A stretch of DNA of 32,200 nt from Asterionella formosa (lineage: Eukaryota): the NCBI GenBank assembly GCA_002256025.1, contig NKIB01000522.1, forward strand, positions 1 to 32,200. The letters run 5' to 3'. The notes below the pieces were generated by a model. It ran no database searches, had not been told where the DNA came from, and was given only the letters and a program-made list of their open reading frames with translations. Position 1 is the stretch's first letter, and each line of letters opens with the position of its first letter. This document shows, one piece after another, positions 30,228 to 32,200 of this stretch. The position numbers and the translations under genes were made by a program.

Positions 30228-32200
30228 ATGACGAAAATCACGGAGATTCAAGACCGAGTGGCTGCGGTGGCCTGGAGCCCATTGCCGAGTCATCCAGATC
30301 TGATTGCGTTGGGGTCCAAGGTACGTCGTGCGTGACCAAGAAGACGGGATAGCCCAGTCTTTTATGTAGCTTGCATGCAAGCTGCAATGATGAATGTGTG
30401 CTGGATCTGGCGACCCTAAGCGCGAACTCCAGTCGTTAACTGCAGCTTGCTCTGTGCAACACTGACTCAACTTCACCTCTACTCCTTTACGTATCAACCC
30501 ACGGGCCAAATCTTTGTGTCGCTCAGGACTCGGGGGGCATTGGCTTCGACGATCACGGCGGCGAACTCGAACTATTCGACCTCAACTTGACAAGCTCCGA
30601 GAGCTCGGCGCATGAACCAGTCGTTGTGGGGACCATCAAGACCTCCACGCGATTCGCTAGCATTGCTTGGAGCACGTCGCCAAACAACAGCTTTCCGCTG
30701 GGGATAATTGCTGGGGGTATGATTGATGGATCTGTACACATTTGGGATCCACACGCCATTCTCAACGGCGAGCCAGCGCTGCTTGTCACCATCAAGGAAC
30801 ACGGGCACGGAGCGGTCAAGGCGCTGCACTTCAATTCGATCGAAACACACATGTTGGCCACGGGGGGATCGGAGGGTCAAGTCGTTATTGTTGACTTGTC
30901 TAACCCACGGCAACCGGTAACGTCCTTGCCTGCAGGCGCTCCAACCAAAGGAGCTGAAGTCACTCAAGTGGCTTGGAACTCGCAAGTTGCGCACATTGTC
31001 GCTGCTGCTGGAAGTGATGGATTAGTCACTGTGTGGGACTTAAAGTCGAAGCGACCTTGGTGCGAGCTCCGGGCGGACATGATGTCCATCTCAGCCATGG
31101 CCTGGAATCCTACGGAGGGATTACACCTAGTGACAGCGTCTGTGGATGACCGCAATCCACTGTTGAAACTATGGGACCTGCGAGCATCCACGACCATGCC
31201 CTTGGCGACATTGCAGGGGCATTCGCAAGGGATTCTTGGACTTGCGTGGTGTCCTCATGATGATAGCCTTTTATTGTCGTAAGTACTACCTAGAAACGAC
31301 GACACCTGCAAACGCATCTTTGAATACTAACTTATTACCTATTTCTTCGGACCTACACACACACAGCTGTGGCAAGGACAATCGAACCATCCTTTGGGAT
31401 TTGTTTACCCTGTTGCCTATTGCGGACATTCCGAATGAAGATCATGATACCATCAACCCTGTGACAGTGCAATCCGCGTCGGATTTATATGGAGGTGGTG
31501 GGGTCAGATCGTCGCAGCAACGACGATACGATGTTCAATGGTCACCGATGAAGCGCGGTGTGGTTTCGACATGTTCCTTTGATCGAAAAGTGCAAGCACA
31601 TTCCGTCATGGGTTTGGCTACCAAGTGCGGGCGCCCACCTAAATGGCTAAAGCCTGGGAGTGGAGTTTCATGTGGATTCGGAGGAACTGTGATTTCGTTC
31701 TCGTCGACGGACAAGGGCGTGAAGATTTCGACTGCTGTGGAAGAACCATCACTGGTCAACGCATCCACAACTTTCGAGATGGAGATTGCCAGTATGAATG
31801 TTATTGACTACTGTCGTGCCAGGGCCACTACAGCCAAGGATGCAAATGACGCTCAGATGTGGGGTTTTATGCAGGTTCTTTTCGGTAAGTGCAAGTCGGC
31901 GATGCTGAGTATCGTCGGAATACAACCCTCTAACTTTGATGTCATTTTACCAGAGACAAATGGGCGGGCTGAACTTGTCGAGCATTTAGGATTCCACAAG
32001 GATGAAATTGTTAAGGCTGCAGCCGAGTTTACAGAGGACCCTAGAAATGCTATCGAAGCAATGTCGCTAAGCGATAAACCTTCCAAAATGACACCTGGCA
32101 CCGAGGAAGCTATCAAGAACGCATTGCTAGTTGGTGATTTTGCCGCAGCAGTAGAATGTTGTCTTCGAACTGGAAACATGGCAGATGCCTTGCTTCTCGC
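30228..32200 (+). CDS. SEC31: COPII outer coat protein SEC31, 5' part; exons 30228-30320, 30527-31278, 31367-31884, 31954->32200
   Basis: MTKITEI..AVAWSP..IALGSK|DSGGIGFD..LELFDL, RFASIAWS..GIIAGGM.DG, VAWNSQVAHI, LWDLR..P...LQGH..GIL...WCPHDDSLLLS|CGKDNRTILW, RPPKWLK..GVSCGFGG, WGFMQVLF|E..R..L..HLGF, IKNALLVGDF..AVECCL..GNMADALLL. All introns GT-AG and in frame. Confidence 0.95.

Noticed and set aside
30587..31282. Stand-alone WD40 protein
   Set aside because: It is exon 2 of SEC31.

Overview
Eukaryotic nuclear DNA, most likely a diatom (short GT-AG introns, several bipartite signal-plus-transit peptides, diatom-type Copia PPT). Eight host genes: plastid glutaredoxin-like, SSU72, ISWI remodeller, TAF13-like, plastid ABC1 kinase, plastid ClpS, a ZnF + TruA-like + 2OG-Fe(II) dioxygenase fusion, and the 5' part of SEC31. 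They are separated by nested transposon debris: the 3' end of a decayed Kolobok-type element; a decayed Copia LTR retrotransposon interrupted by a 602-bp Kolobok MITE and by a 3.3-kb non-coding TIR element; an internally deleted piggyBac-like element; and a decayed PIF/Harbinger element. Best candidate for a novel system: the plastid-targeted fusion of a TruA-like domain lacking the catalytic Asp to an intact HxD...H...RxS dioxygenase. Also notable: ISWI with two HMG boxes and a Cac1-like winged helix, the Kolobok/MITE pair with a 33-bp hairpin, one-directional C/T divergence between the LTRs, and GGTACC-rich promoter tracts that collect transposons. All family assignments are from motif recognition by eye; no searches were run.
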